Source of the DNA: the human T2T-CHM13v2.0 reference genome, Homo sapiens | Direction of reading: 5' to 3' | DNA length: 64,000 nucleotides | NCBI GenBank assembly: GCA_009914755.4 | Contig: CP068257.2 | Span: 27,104,001-27,168,000 of the forward strand | Part shown: piece by piece, positions 50,796-64,000 of the stretch | How positions within the stretch are numbered: the stretch's first letter is position 1 | How the letters are laid out: each line of letters opens with the position of its first letter | The notes under the pieces: generated by a model | Seen by the model: the letters and a program-made list of their open reading frames with translations, nothing else | Databases searched by the model: none | Told to the model about the DNA's origin: nothing | Program-made: the position numbers and the translations under genes

Positions 50796-51597
50796 GTGTC
50801 AGGGAAGGTCAAAACTGAGACCCACTACTCTGGTGTCTTCTGCTACTGGATTTATTTGTGCCTGGGTTGACCATGAGGGAGTCATTGGCAACTTTAAGCA
50901 GCAGTAGGAGGATTGGCCAATCCACTGTGCCCAAATTACCAGAGTGACTCCATCTTGAATAGGGGACGGGGAAAATGAGGATGAGACCTGCTGGGCTGTA
51001 TTCCCAGGTTAGGCATTCTAAGTCACAGGAAAAGACAGGAGGTTGGCAGGACTGTTATCACAAGATACAGGTCATAAAGACCTTGCTGATAAACCAGGAT
51101 GCAGAGAAGAAAAAAAAAGAAAGCCCACCAAAGATGGTGGCTTTGGCCAAGATGGCAACGAAAGTGATCTTTGATCAACCCCACTGCTCATTATATGCTA
51201 ATTATAATGCATTAGCATGCTAAAAGACACTCCTACCAATGTCAGGACAGTTTACAAATGCCATGGTAGTATCTGGAAATTACCCTATATGGTCTGAAAG
51301 GGGAAGAATGGTCAGTTCCAGGAAATGCCCGCCCCTTTCCTGGAAAACTCACGAATAATCAACCCCTTGTTTAGCATATGATCAAAAAATAACCATCAAA
51401 ATGCCAACCAGCAGCCCTCTGGTTGTTCTCTGTATGAACATAGCCTGTTCTGCCTATGGAGTAGCCTATCTTTTATTTCTTTACTTCCCTAATAAACTTG
51501 CTTTCACTTTATTGTGTGGACTTGTCCCAAATTCTTTCTTGCTCAAGATCCGATACCCCTCTCTTGGGATCTGGATCAGAATCGCTTTCTGGTAACA
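50796..51597 (+). mobile_element. ERVK-class (MER11-like) solo LTR with AATAAA signal near its 3' end; boundaries and family uncertain
   Basis: …actccatcttgaataggggacggggaaaatgaggatgagacctgctgggctgtattcccaggttaggcattctaagtcacaggaaaagacaggaggttggcaggactgttatcacaagatacaggtcataaagaccttgctgataaaccaggatgcagag…ctgctcattatatgctaattataatgcattagcatgctaa…ctaataaacttgctttcactttattgtgtggacttgtcccaaattctttcttgctcaagatccgatacccctctcttgggatctggatcagaatcgctttctggtaaca. From memory these segments match MER11-type LTRs. Confidence 0.5.
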
Positions 51598-52789
51598 AAA
51601 TCTCTTAAGCCCCCACAAGTGAGAGGGATGAGACTTAGAGGGAAAAGCTCAGGGACTCCAAAGACTATTCAATGGAAGGTCCTCTGTGCCCTGCTCTTGC
51701 GGTTGTAAGAAACAGAGTCCCATGGTCTATCTCAGATGATGTCTTTCTGGGTGAATACTTGGTACAATAAGAGAAATGTGACTTCCACAAGAATCCCCAA
51801 ATTGTGAAATGGTCTAACTCAGCAACAGCTGTGTATTGAACCTCTGCCCCTAGAGTGACATGGCAATGCTCCGTCTTGCTTTCTACCTGCTCAGCAACTG
51901 CTGAGCTTATCAATACTGCGTCTTCTCTTCCTCATTATGCCTGCTTTCTCAAGAGTACAGCTTCCTATGCCTTCCTAGGGTTCTCACTGTTTTTCATCTC
52001 CATCTGGATCTTTTCAGCATTTGCTCCCAATGCCCAGGTAAATCAGGGGCACCTAGGCATCAGTATCTTCTAAAGCTCCCCAGAGGATTCAATGTGCAAC
52101 CAAGCAGATAACCACTGCACCAAAGAACAGTGGGTACAAGTAAGGCAACTTGGATTTATAATTACCACCTTAGCCCAAAAGGAAGAAAACTGGAGAAGGT
52201 AACTTATAATGCCTGGGAATTCTGTTCTCCTTGCATTTTATTTTAATTCAGTGTCTTGTTTCTCTATCTATACAGCACACATTTATTCACATGGATTTTA
52301 GTATTTTAACTGTGTTGTACTTAAAGGAAAGCAAACATGCCTTCTGAAGTGATGGTCTTTGAGCCACTAGTCAAGAGATTGGGGCTCTCTAATGAGCCAA
52401 GACTCCCATCTAGTGGTAACCACCTCTGAATTGCAAATAGAAGGTTTCTCAACTTTTATTAATGACAAAACTTTTTGGGAAGTGGCTGGTCAATTTCAAT
52501 AACTCATTTGCCTAAAACGAAATGCACCTATTTGTCAAAAGACCTTTGCCACTTCCAATCTGTGTGTGTAAATATCCCCGGGATAAATTATTGCTATTTA
52601 TTTGAACTTATGAAGGAAAACCAACTTCACTTCACGATTCTGTCAAATAAGTGTGTTTTAGTGAATTCAGAGGTTGTGTGACTGATAAAAGTAAGTGGTT
52701 ATTATGAAATAGTTCATACACATCCAAAGTGAAATGACTAATGATAAAACCTTAGAGGATGCTGTGAGGTGAGTGGTGGTCCCTGAAAA

Positions 52790-53218
52790 AGTATGTCAGC
52801 ATCCCAATCCCCAAAATCTGTGAATGTGACCTTATTTGGAAATGGGGTCTTGGTCCATATCATTATTATGTTATGTTAAGAATCTTGAAAACAGATCATC
52901 CTGGATTATCCAGGTGGGCCCTAAATCTAACACAAGTGCTTTATAAGAAGCACAGAGAAGAAGAGAAAAAACAGGGAGAAGGAGTCAAAGGCCATATGAA
53001 GACAACAGCAGAGATTGGAATTAATGCAGCCAGAAGCCAAGAGGACATCTGAAACCACCAGAAGCTGAAAGAGGCAAGAAATCTCCACTCGAGCCTTCGG
53101 AGAGAACATGGCCCTACTGACACCTTCATTTCAGACTTCCAGCCTGAAGAACTTTGAGAAAATAATTTTCTGTTGTTTTAAGACATCCACTGTGTGGTAA
53201 TTTGTTACAGCAGACTTA
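52790..53218 (+). mobile_element. MaLR MLT1-type solo LTR
   Basis: gtatgtcagcatcccaatccccaaaatctgtgaatgtgaccttatttggaaatggggtcttggtccatatcattattatgttatgttaagaatcttgaaaacagatcatcctggattatccaggtgggccctaaatctaacacaagtgctttataagaagcacagag…cttcatttcagacttccagcctgaagaactttgagaaaataattttctgttgttttaagacatccactgtgtggtaatttgttacagcag. Confidence 0.8.
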
Positions 53219-55304
53219 AGAAAGTAGTATGGTTTCCTCTTCCTTTCTTTTCAGTACACTCCTTCAGAAAACAAAAATAGCATATTTGGAAATGACCTAG
53301 GTACCTAAAGTTTTTTTTAATAATATACATATAAATTCATTGCTCTACAATATTATAGGATGGTATTCAATCAACAGCATAAATACTTCACTGTCTACCT
53401 ACAATTTTCAAAGGTATTTTGGATAGCAAACTTTTCATTTCAGAAGTTTTTCACTACAAATACCTTAACTGAAAGACTAATCAACTAAAATTCTTCTTTC
53501 TAAGATAGAACATGAAGCAACAAGAGTTTTGCCTAAATATGGATGAGTGTAATGAGAATAACTCAAATTTCATGTCCAGTTGGGACAGCACAGTCAATTC
53601 AACAGGAATGTTTATGAGTTGTTTATCATGTGAAGTATTTGGAAGGTATGCAAACACTAAAAACAACAATGTCAATACAATTAAATGGAGGCATTCATAA
53701 AACTGTTGTTCAGATCAGCAGGTAATCTTGTAACTGCATATTTGAGAATTTCAAGGAAGGAAATGTACAAATAATCAAAGGCAGAAAATTCCCTTCAGGA
53801 AATGTGGTATCCACATATTGTATGACAAGCTTGCTTTTACTGAATAATGCATGAAGATGTCTGTTTTAAATCGTTCACTGACTACAGAGTTGACAAATAA
53901 CCACTGAAGAACAATGGGACTGGGCACCAGATGCCTTTGTTTCATATCTGACTCTGCGAAGGCTGTTTCTTTCCTAGGGAACTGGGGGTTCTATGTAACA
54001 TGAGACTCAAGCAAAAAGTGTGGATTCTGTGGTATGCTCATGGGATGGTTCCAGTAAATGTGCTGATAGAATTCTGGGGCCCAAGAGTTGACGATGGGTG
54101 CCATTAAAGTCCAGACCTGGTGCCGTAGCACTTTGATGTGTCAAAGGCTTAGGTTCTGCCATTTTTCTGAACAAATATATTCAAATAGAACACTACATAA
54201 AAATGTAAAGGGCCTTGTAGGGTCAAATGAAAGTCTGAGCAGAGAATGAACAATATCCCTATGAGATCAAAGTGCTGTCTTTGTTGAATTAATTCCATTA
54301 TTTTTTGTTCTCATTGTTTTCAAAACAATTAATAGATACACTGAGAAAGAAGGAAAGCAAGAGAGTTACTCTGATAATGATGGCTCTCATTTATAAATCC
54401 ATGAAAAGTAATATCAATTTTCTTTCTTAATAGATGAGAAATCTAAAACTAAGAATGGGTGAGGAACTTGCCCCAATATCACAGAGCCAATAACTAAGGT
54501 GCTTCTCTCCCAGAACCTTTGCTACTTCCTGGCTGATGCCAAAACACTGCCTAATAAGGACCTCAAAAAAAAAATCTTTCTAATGAACTGACCATTGGTC
54601 AAGTGTCTCCCCTCTCCAGTTCCAACAGACTCTGCTGGAGTCACAAACGACAAGGAACCTTGTCTCTTCATCTCTTTATCTGCAATACCTACCATGGTGA
54701 TCATTCATAATAAAGCACTCAACATGTGTTTACTGGGTGAACAGATAAAAGGTACAGAAAAGAGGGAAAGGGCTCAGGAAAAACTACACAGAACATTTCA
54801 GAAGTATTTGCCATTTCCATGTGGAAATGTCAATCATAGATAAATATCCCAATCATGATGATTCATAAAATATATTCAGAGGAGCCCAATGTTCAGGAAA
54901 TGCAAACTATCTGCAGTGTGAATTTGGAGCACAGGTTTGAAAACTTAGAGGCTGATCGAAAAGGAAATTTGGTTTACAATTTTGTAATTATCAGGTATAT
55001 GATAATTAATTATCCTAAAGTGATATTGAAGGCTTGGCCTGAGTCTGATGACAATATTAGAAATCTGAGTGAGAAAATGATCAGCAGTTTGACTGTTTAA
55101 AGGTTTGTTGGTTGTTCCTTACCTTTTAAAACTGAGTCTCTAGCCGCTAGCTACTGTGTCCCAGGGGGCCTTGTGCCCTCTACCTCCTGTTTTCTCTGAA
55201 AACAAATGAGATTTTTTATACTGCCTTGACTCTATACAGATTTTCCTGCTCTTAAGAGACAAACAGAAGAGTGATACTTCAAAGCTAGAATAAATGTATT
55301 TTAT

Positions 55305-55597
55305 TTTATTTTATGTTTTCAGACCGAGTCTCACTCTGTCGCCCAGGATGGAGTGCAGTGGCGCTGTCTCAGCTCACAGCAACCTCCGCCACCCGCCCCA
55401 CTCTCTGCGATTCTCCTGCCTCAGCCTCCCGAGTAGCTGGGATTTATAGGTGCCTGCCACTACGTCCGGCTAATTTTTGTATTTTTAGTAGAGACAGGGT
55501 TTCACCATGTTGGCCAGGCTGGTCTAGAACTCCTGACCTCAGGTGATCTGTCTGCCTCAGCCTCCCAAAGCGCTGGGATTACAGGCGTGAGCCACGA
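55305..55597 (-). mobile_element. Alu SINE (reverse orientation) with 15-bp TSD aataaatgtatttta
   Basis: ttttattttattttatgttttcagaccgagtctcactctgtcgcccaggatggagtgcagtggcgctgtctcagctcacagcaacctccgccacccgcc…ggccaggctggtctagaactcctgacctcaggtgatctgtctgcctcagcctcccaaagcgctgggattacaggcgtgagccacgacacccagcc. TSD at ~55290-55304 and ~55599-55613. Confidence 0.95.
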
Positions 55598-55749
55598 CAC
55601 CCAGCCAAATAAATGTATTTTAAATCTGGGATATATGTTCCAATTAGCTAGACTCTGAAATTTCAGACTTTAGCTTCAGTCAGAGGCTATTAGAACTATT
55701 CCAAAAAATGCACAGAATTAATAAACTATTGACGGATGAGTAAGAAAAA

Positions 55750-56058
<309 letters not shown>

Positions 56059-56480
56059 TAACAATTAATATTAAAGGCACTTCAATATAAATTTCAAATT
56101 GTAATTTAAGTTTTTTCCAGGGTCACTATTTTGTATATTTATATTTTTAGTTTATTCTGTTTTGTTGGTAGCACCCAAGTATTCCCTAGGCTGTTGGTTG
56201 TTCCTTCCGACAGTTTCTAGGACAGAAAATGGGTCTTTCTCCCAATAGAGATAAGGAATTGGTAAACTGCCTTGGATGCCAAGATATTCTTGTTTTATGT
56301 ACACTTGGCAGAAGTCATCTACAACCATCTGCAGACTCTAACTCTTCACTGGGGCCCACAGTCATCCCCACTGTTGAATGCACATTGCACTCCTGTTCTG
56401 AAGGAACAAAGGAAGGACAGGAAATGAGTGAACCCAGTGAGGAAAAAGCTTTTAAGATATGTATCAAAAAGAAAAAGGAA

Positions 56481-56826
<346 letters not shown>

Positions 56827-58288
56827 TCAGTATTAAAAGATGGGAAAAAAATAACTTGGGTGACAGCTATTAGGCTGAAATAGGCACAAGATAATAAAAC
56901 CCAACATCATAATAATGAGGAAAACTAGCTTGTGTAAAACAGAAGATGACAGTTGGAAGATTAAAAAGGTACTGCCTGTTGTTGCTAAAAGGTAAAAATA
57001 AGGGGTTCTGTGACATGTGGGTGCAAAAGGAGCTATTGAGAGGCTTAAAGGAGCATTTAGAGCTGATACAGATAATCAAAGTTTCTGTTGATTCCTATCT
57101 GCATGGCTGGACTTACTGATCCCACCAAACATTCTTCCCTCATGCTCCATGAGTTTTCAATCCTTTAACTTCTAACTGGAACACCATGCACCCTGCCTCC
57201 TTTTAGGCTTAGTTTCTGCCAACAGCCAGTCCTGAGGATCCAGGCAAGTGACCCTGTGTTATCTTTCCGCTCTCCCTTCTCTCCTTCGTTCATCAAGCAG
57301 CAACCGCTACTTTCAGTGCTTCTCTGCACACGGAGTATAGACAGGTTCCGAGTATGTGAAGCTCAGCTTGGGGTTTGAGGAGGGTGTTTAAAATCACTAC
57401 CTCCATGCCTCTTGACCACTTCCAGATGAAATTCAAGAACAATCAAAAGATAAACAGAACAGCACTGAACTTTGCAGACATACTTTTTTCGCATGGTAAC
57501 CCTGTGGCCTGGGGCAATTTAATTGATCTCTCTGTGCTCAGTTTACTCATCTGCAAAATGAGCATATAGGCATACCCACCCCATAGAGTTTCTGTGAGAA
57601 TAAAATGAGATACTGTATGTTCAGCAGTCATTCTGTGCTAGACACCATGCTAATAACTGAATAAGTAAGCCTGTTTTTTTTTTATTATAATTGTTCTATT
57701 TATCACCCATAAAGTCTGTAACTCTAGAGCCTGAGTGGAAACTAAATAAGGGATGTGTGGCCACTCATTTTTTCCTTTTGATCCCTGTCCTGTGTTCTTT
57801 GGGGGCCTGGACAGGAAAAGAAATGGTAGCACCAGAGCTGTCAATTAATAGAGATGAATAGTAGTCATGGTGGGTGTCATAGTAGGAATTGTGCCACTAG
57901 TAGTAGAAGCTGTAGTAACAGCTAATACAGCTAATACAACTCCTTGGGTTGTGCCAAGGAGTGTGTTAACGACACAAATCTCCATGCATTGCTCATTGCC
58001 ACTACTCTTAAAGCTAGAGATGTGTGCAGCCTTAGGGCAGTTATATCTCCTGCAGCAAAATGCATCCCTATCCCTCATCAGTAATTTGAGATGTCTGTGC
58101 CTTCCTAAGGATCTTTCAGGATACTCTTTCAACCTACTGGAATCCTAATTTGAGTGCTGTCCTAAGAATGTAAACTGACACTGAACTGGTGGTTTTCCAA
58201 CTGCACTGTGCACACAACAGAGATTTCCAAATTCCACAGCACCTCCCTAGGATTGCCAGGGCTGGTGGCATGATCAACAATTTGGGTT

Positions 58289-58648
58289 CTGTATTAGTCC
58301 ATTTTTATGCTGCTGATAAAGACATACCCAAGACTGGGCAATTTACAAAAGAAAGAGGTTTAATGGACTCACAGTTCCACGTGGCTGGGGAGGCCTCACA
58401 ATCATGGAGGAAGGTGAAAGGCATGTCTCACATGGTGGCAAACAAGAGAAGAGAGCTTCTGCAGAGAAACTTCCCTTTTTAAAATCATCAGATCTCATGA
58501 GACTTATTCCCTATCATGAGAACAGCAAAGGAAAAACCCACCCCCATGATTCAATTACCTCCCACTGGGTCCCTCCCACAACATGTAGGAATTGTGGGAG
58601 CTATAATTCAAGATGAGATTTGGGTGGGGACACAGCCAAACCCTATCA
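58289..58648 (-). mobile_element. THE1-type (MaLR) solo LTR, reverse orientation, with 5-bp TSD ggttc
   Basis: tgtattagtccatttttatgctgctgataaagacatacccaagactgggcaatttacaaaagaaagaggtttaatggactcacagttccacgtggctggggaggcctcacaatcatggaggaaggtgaaaggcatgtctcacatggtggcaaacaagagaagagagc…cccacccccatgattcaattacctcccactgggtccctcccacaacatgtaggaattgtgggagctataattcaagatgagatttgggtggggacacagccaaaccctatca is the reverse complement of THE1. It is flanked by ggttc on both sides (58284-58288 and 58649-58653). Confidence 0.9.
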
Positions 58649-59668
58649 GGTTCCAAGACTCAAACCCTCTTCACCCAGAGTGAGTCTGCATTCATCTGTT
58701 TCAACATTGTCCTCTCCTCATCATCTCACTGAGAAAACTTTGTAGACAAAGAGCTCACAGTTTTCAAATGACTGTGAAAGCCAAAGCACTAAACTTGGTT
58801 TCCTCCTATAAAATCACAATTCTAAACCCTCTGAAGGATTTCATCAACCATATTAGTGCTTAACTCCTGAAGGTTTGGAAAGCCCTATGAGATTTTCAAA
58901 AATGTTCCCTATTTTTCCCTATGTGAATACAAAATATTATTTTTAACTTATCCTCTCATTCTTCTATCTGTATCTTTATTTATGCAAAACTATCCATATT
59001 TTTGATCAGGTAAAATGTTTGGCATGCCCAAATTTGGAATCTTCTTTTATGGTTTTGTTTTTTGTGTAGTTCAGTGATGAGAGGACCCAGCTTCAAGCAC
59101 ATAACCAGATACCCATTTTTTATGTCTACAAGTAAGAGCATTTTCCAAGAACACTCAAGTCTGGCAGTATACACTTTGAAACTCACATTGTAGCTTTGGC
59201 AATCCTGTTTTATGCACGTGATGCTGCAGTTTATGTGCAATCGTGCTTTCCAAGACACGGAAACTCCTCATGGCTGTACCCATCAGTCCAGACCTACGTT
59301 GGTTGGGAAATCAAAACACTGTCACCATGACTGAGTTATCTGTCTCTTGCTTCCAAGTGGGCCCCTTTGTTTTAAAGCAGTGGTGCTTAAACACCAGACA
59401 GACTCATCTCATGCTGACGTACATGTGAAATTCTCGCACTACACAATCTTGGATGGCTTCACGTTGTAACAGAAAAACCAACCCAACCACTAAGAAATCC
59501 AGTTAAAACAATGCTTTAATGTAATCTTTTTTTTTTAATGCAGTGGAATTGAGGAAAGGATGTGTAAGCTCTGTGTTCACGACCCTTTCAGATCACACCC
59601 TATGTTTCCCTGCATTTGGCAGGTCCTGATCTGTACCCATTATATTAAAAGTGTAACTGTAAATGCAT

Positions 59669-59825
59669 GTACATATATATGCTTATACACATTATATATA
59701 AATGTATATATATCATATGTATGTTTTATGTGTATAGATGTATCTGTGTGTATGTAAATATATATTGTGCATGTGTATGCCTTTGTGTGTATATATCTGT
59801 AAATCTATATATATGTGTATATGTA
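59669..59825. repeat. TA/TG-rich low-complexity microsatellite block
   Basis: tgtacatatatatgcttatacacattatatataaatgtatatatatcatatgtatgttttatgtgtatagatgtatctgtgtgtatgtaaatatatattgtgcatgtgtatgcctttgtgtgtatatatctgtaaatctatatatatgtgtatatgtagtgg. Confidence 0.9.
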
Positions 59826-61518
59826 GTGGAGGATTGTGAGACCTCACAAGATTGATAAAGTATCAAACAATGCCTGTATTTTTTAAAAGGAGCTGTTTTT
59901 CAACATATAGAGAAATAATGTCAATTCCTGGATTAATACTCTTTTAGAAAAGGCCAATTTTCATTGATTTCAAGTAGCTCATGTTATTCAGTAACAATCT
60001 CAGCCTTCAAAAGTAGCCAAAAGAAAAGCAGAATAAATGGTCTCCTAAATAAAATGACCTGTGGGGCCCATCATTGACTAAGTAGCCTTTTTACTCATCT
60101 CATACAGCCTCTTCCTAATAAAAATGAAGCAGCATCGTGAGAACAGTAGGGAGAAAGGGTGAACAGACAGAGGTTTACGGGTCAGGACAGAGTACCAGGG
60201 TTAGGACAGATACCAGGAAAGAGGAAAAGAACACACTGTGGAAGAAACAGGGCACCAGCTTCACACTTGTGCCTCAGGCCAGCTTTGTCAAAGTGTCCTG
60301 AGTACATGAGGTATCCTCTAAACATTTATTAACCAAATGCACAGAGAGGCATGTTGACAGGGATTTAGCGTATGACAAAGGTGGCATATCAAACCCATGG
60401 GGGAAAGGTGCTACTCAATAAATGGTTTGGAGACAACTGGGAGCCAACTAGAAAGAATAAAATAAAATTGGATTCATACCTCACATTTTATACTAGGACA
60501 AATTACAAATGGATCGAATATTTTATAGTAAAAAATAAAACTATAAACATTCTTTTTTTAAAAGGGATAACTTCTTTATAATCTTGGAGTTGTAAAAATA
60601 AATTATAATTTTGAACTAGGGAAGATCTTTCTAGCCATAATTCAAAATATATAAATGAAAAAAGAAAAAATGATAATTTGATGACAAACTTCTTCATGGA
60701 CAGAAACATTAAAAGCCAATCAATAGGAAAATTTGAAAAAATATATTTGAAATTTATATCACAAAAGGCTACTCTCCCTGATACACAAAGATCACCTAGA
60801 AATCAACAAGAAAAGACCAACACAATATAGCAAAGGATATAAACAGACAGCTTAGAGAAAAAGAGTGTAAGATTAGGTTAAATCATATGAAACTAATTGT
60901 TAAAAATGTTTGAAAATTGGCAATTTCAAATGATTTAAACAAATAGCTATGAAACATACGAGAGAATGTTCAATAACACTTATAAGAAGAGAAAGGCAAA
61001 TTAGAACATCACTGTTGGATTAACAAAAAAAGAATCCAAAAATTTGGAAACTCACTATGTGGTGAGCTGTGGGGAAACAGAGGCTCTCACACATCATTGG
61101 TATAAATTAACTTATCTTTGGCGGCCAATTTGGCATATCTATTGAAATTACATATATATATATAAGCTTTGGCTAAGCAATTCTACTTTGGAGAATGTAT
61201 CCTGTATATATACATGAGCAAAATGATGAGTGTACAAAGTTACTCATTTCAGCCTTGTTTATAACAGCAAAAGAGTAGGAATACATAAGCAAGTGCCTAG
61301 CAATAGGGACCAGTTAAAAACATAATGAGTCATTGGTACAATGACTTTCTATACAGCTTGTAAAAAAGTAAGAAGTTTCTTATGTACAGACATATCTGTA
61401 AGATCTCCAAGAAATACTAAGTGAAAAAATTAAATACAGAACAGTGTGTGTTGTATGTTACCCTCTGTTGAAAATAAAAGGAAGAGAAATAAGTCTCTAT
61501 ATTCATATTTCTTCTCTA

Positions 61519-61944
<426 letters not shown>

Positions 61945-63619
61945 TCAAGCTTTTAATAATTTTAGCATTTTGAACCAGGTGAATGCATTATCTATTCAAA
62001 ACAATTTTAACTTAAAAATAAATAAATGAGTCTTATGACTGATCAACAAAGGATTTGGAGTAGATGCTTGTTTATATCATTTATACACTAGATCATCTAC
62101 ATAAGTTGTGGGACTCTGAGAAAATTAAAATATGAGGTCTCTTGTTATAAACTTTTTAAGAACTTCAAGATGGCAGCAGCACAGCATTAAACCAATCACT
62201 GGGGCCCTTCTAAGAATGGGTCAGGCACCTGTGAAGTTAGCCCTGGTTGCACACAACTGTACTCATCAGAATATAAAATTCAGAATACTAATGTCATTCC
62301 CAAAGGGAAGCAACTGGCTTCTCAAAAACCCAGGCAGCAGAAGTCTTGGAAAAAATCATTTCCCTCGATTTCACATACACTTCATGTTCTGTTGGTTCCT
62401 AAGCAATTAACCTGAATATATACGGGTGCTGATCCCAAGGGATTAACATACACATCCTAAAACCTCAAGCTTTGGAGACTAACCATCTTCGATCACAAAT
62501 TTGTGATCATGCAAAATAATAGAATCTTAAGAAATGGCCTTTGTATACATAGTCAGTTTTTTGAAATAATAAGTTTTTATTTTACTGCACTCAATTAAAT
62601 TGTGAAACCCAAATAAAGTCTGGAGCCCAATGTGGTCCAATCTCAATCTACTGCTACAGTCAAAGAATCATAGCTTAGCAGCCAGAAAGTACTGAAAGAA
62701 ACTTCCAAGGTTTTCTTTTTCAGCTTCTTAAGAAAATGCCAAAGAAGGAAATATATTCTTAATGCCCAGAAAAACACATTTTAAATTCTCTCTCATCACT
62801 ACCTCTATTAGGCTCCTCCATAAAGCTATTAATAGTAGCTGCTTCCCAAAACTCTCTCCTCCCGTTTACACCCCACCTTCACCCACATAGATTTTCTGTT
62901 CCTTACCTCATTTCTTTCTACCTCTACTACTCTTCCCTCTTCTCACTTATTCAAATGTGAATCATCCATTTCTATTTCTTGGGTACCCCAATTAGAGTAA
63001 TTGTCTGAATTATAAGGGTTGGGTTAGGGGAGGCAGAACTTTAGAGCAATGCCAGAATTGTCTTTCATGGGCAAGAGAAGGGCAACGAGTTATGCATACT
63101 CACAAATAATTTCTGTCCTTGTTACAGTTGCAGTTATCAACACTGTACTGCTAACAGAATTTCTTCCAAAATGACTGTAGCATATTCCTCAGGAAATTCA
63201 TACTGACAATTGTTTTGGAATGAAGAAATGAAGCACAAGTACTCTATCAGTATCTAAAAAATGAAGCCAACATTCTAAATAATCTTGTTCAATTAACATA
63301 TGGTATTTATTAGCTTTATCTCCAAAAGATAAAGGCTATCTTCTTATGAAAAACCTTTTTCCCATCTCTTCTAGAATCAGGAAGTTCAGACAAATTTACT
63401 TGATTTTCTGTGCTGTTCCAACTAGCCCAAGAGTTACTATCTGTGACTTTGGTACTGCTTATGTTTATCTACCATTGCTCCATTACTTCAAAAAATGCAA
63501 AACAAGACTTGAACATTTTGTAATTCAAAATAAAGACAAGAACAGCCAGATTTTCTTTTTAGCTGTCAACAGAAAAATTCCAGCAATCAGTTTGAATATC
63601 TCATATAATTAAATGTTGA

Positions 63620-63776
63620 GGCCGGGCACAGTGGCTCACGCCTGTAATCTCAGCACTTTGGGAGGCTGAGGCAAGAGGATCGTTTGAGCCCAGGAGTTCA
63701 AGACCAGCCTGGGCAACATAGGGAGACCCCATCTCTACAAATAACTTAAAAATAAAATAAAATAATAAATAAATAC
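63620..63776 (+). mobile_element. Monomeric Alu-like element (FLAM/left-monomer type) with A-rich (AAAT)n tail
   Basis: ggccgggcacagtggctcacgcctgtaatctcagcactttgggaggctgaggcaagaggatcgtttgagcccaggagttcaagaccagcctgggcaacatagggagaccccatctctacaaataacttaaaaataaaataaaataataaataaata. Only ~125 bp of Alu-related sequence is present and no second monomer follows. Confidence 0.8.
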
Positions 63777-64000
63777 ACATTGAAATCATTTTTAAAGGTA
63801 ATACATATGACCCTAAAATGATCTACCCTGTGGTAAAGAGACAATGGCACTTGGTAGGCTGATGGATCATAAACCAAAATCCTATCCAAAAGCTTCATCA
63901 CTCAGAACACTTGATAATCTAACATTAGACGGGCCACATGGCATGTGCACATTTCTTTCATTCCTGCACACACAATATCAAAAGGGCTGGGAAGAAAAGC

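Noticed and set aside
57845-58148. Pair of ~95-aa ORFs overlapping on opposite strands
   Set aside because: Mutually overlapping antisense ORFs with no recognisable similarity, directly adjacent to a THE1 LTR (58289-58648). They probably sit in TE-derived internal sequence, and there is no start or stop context or splice signal to support coding.

Overview
This window is primate (almost certainly human or hominoid) nuclear DNA, not a prokaryotic locus. It is AT-rich, CpG-depleted and carpeted with primate-specific interspersed repeats. I count about 15 Alu SINEs, most with recognisable target-site duplications (TSDs), and about 10 LINE-1 fragments, including nested and rearranged ones. There are about 9 MaLR solo LTRs (THE1/MST/MLT1), a 1.7-kb solo LTR12 (HERV9 LTR) carrying a higher-order tandem array of CCAAT-box repeats, an ERVK-type (MER11-like) LTR, an ERVL-type solo LTR, two MIR elements, a retroposed U6 snRNA pseudogene and several microsatellites. 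No ORF exceeds 143 aa, and every long ORF in the six-frame track falls inside a repeat (Alu tails, the GC-rich LTR12 U3 region, TA microsatellites). I can support no protein-coding gene, no rRNA/tRNA gene and no CRISPR or operon-like 'system'. The window most likely sits in a gene-poor intergenic or intronic region. The observations worth a second look are structural: the LTR12 CCAAT array, a three-layer nested L1/L1/THE1 insertion, an L1 carrying a hairpin-capable inverted repeat around a TA-rich microsatellite plus a relocated ORF2 segment, a 165-bp locally duplicated segment, an Alu with an internal 134-bp tandem duplication, the U6 retropseudogene, a young CpG-intact AluY that may be polymorphic, and one weak candidate exon. 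All coordinates were read by eye from the sequence and may be off by a few bases. Family names are from memory of consensus sequences, not database searches.
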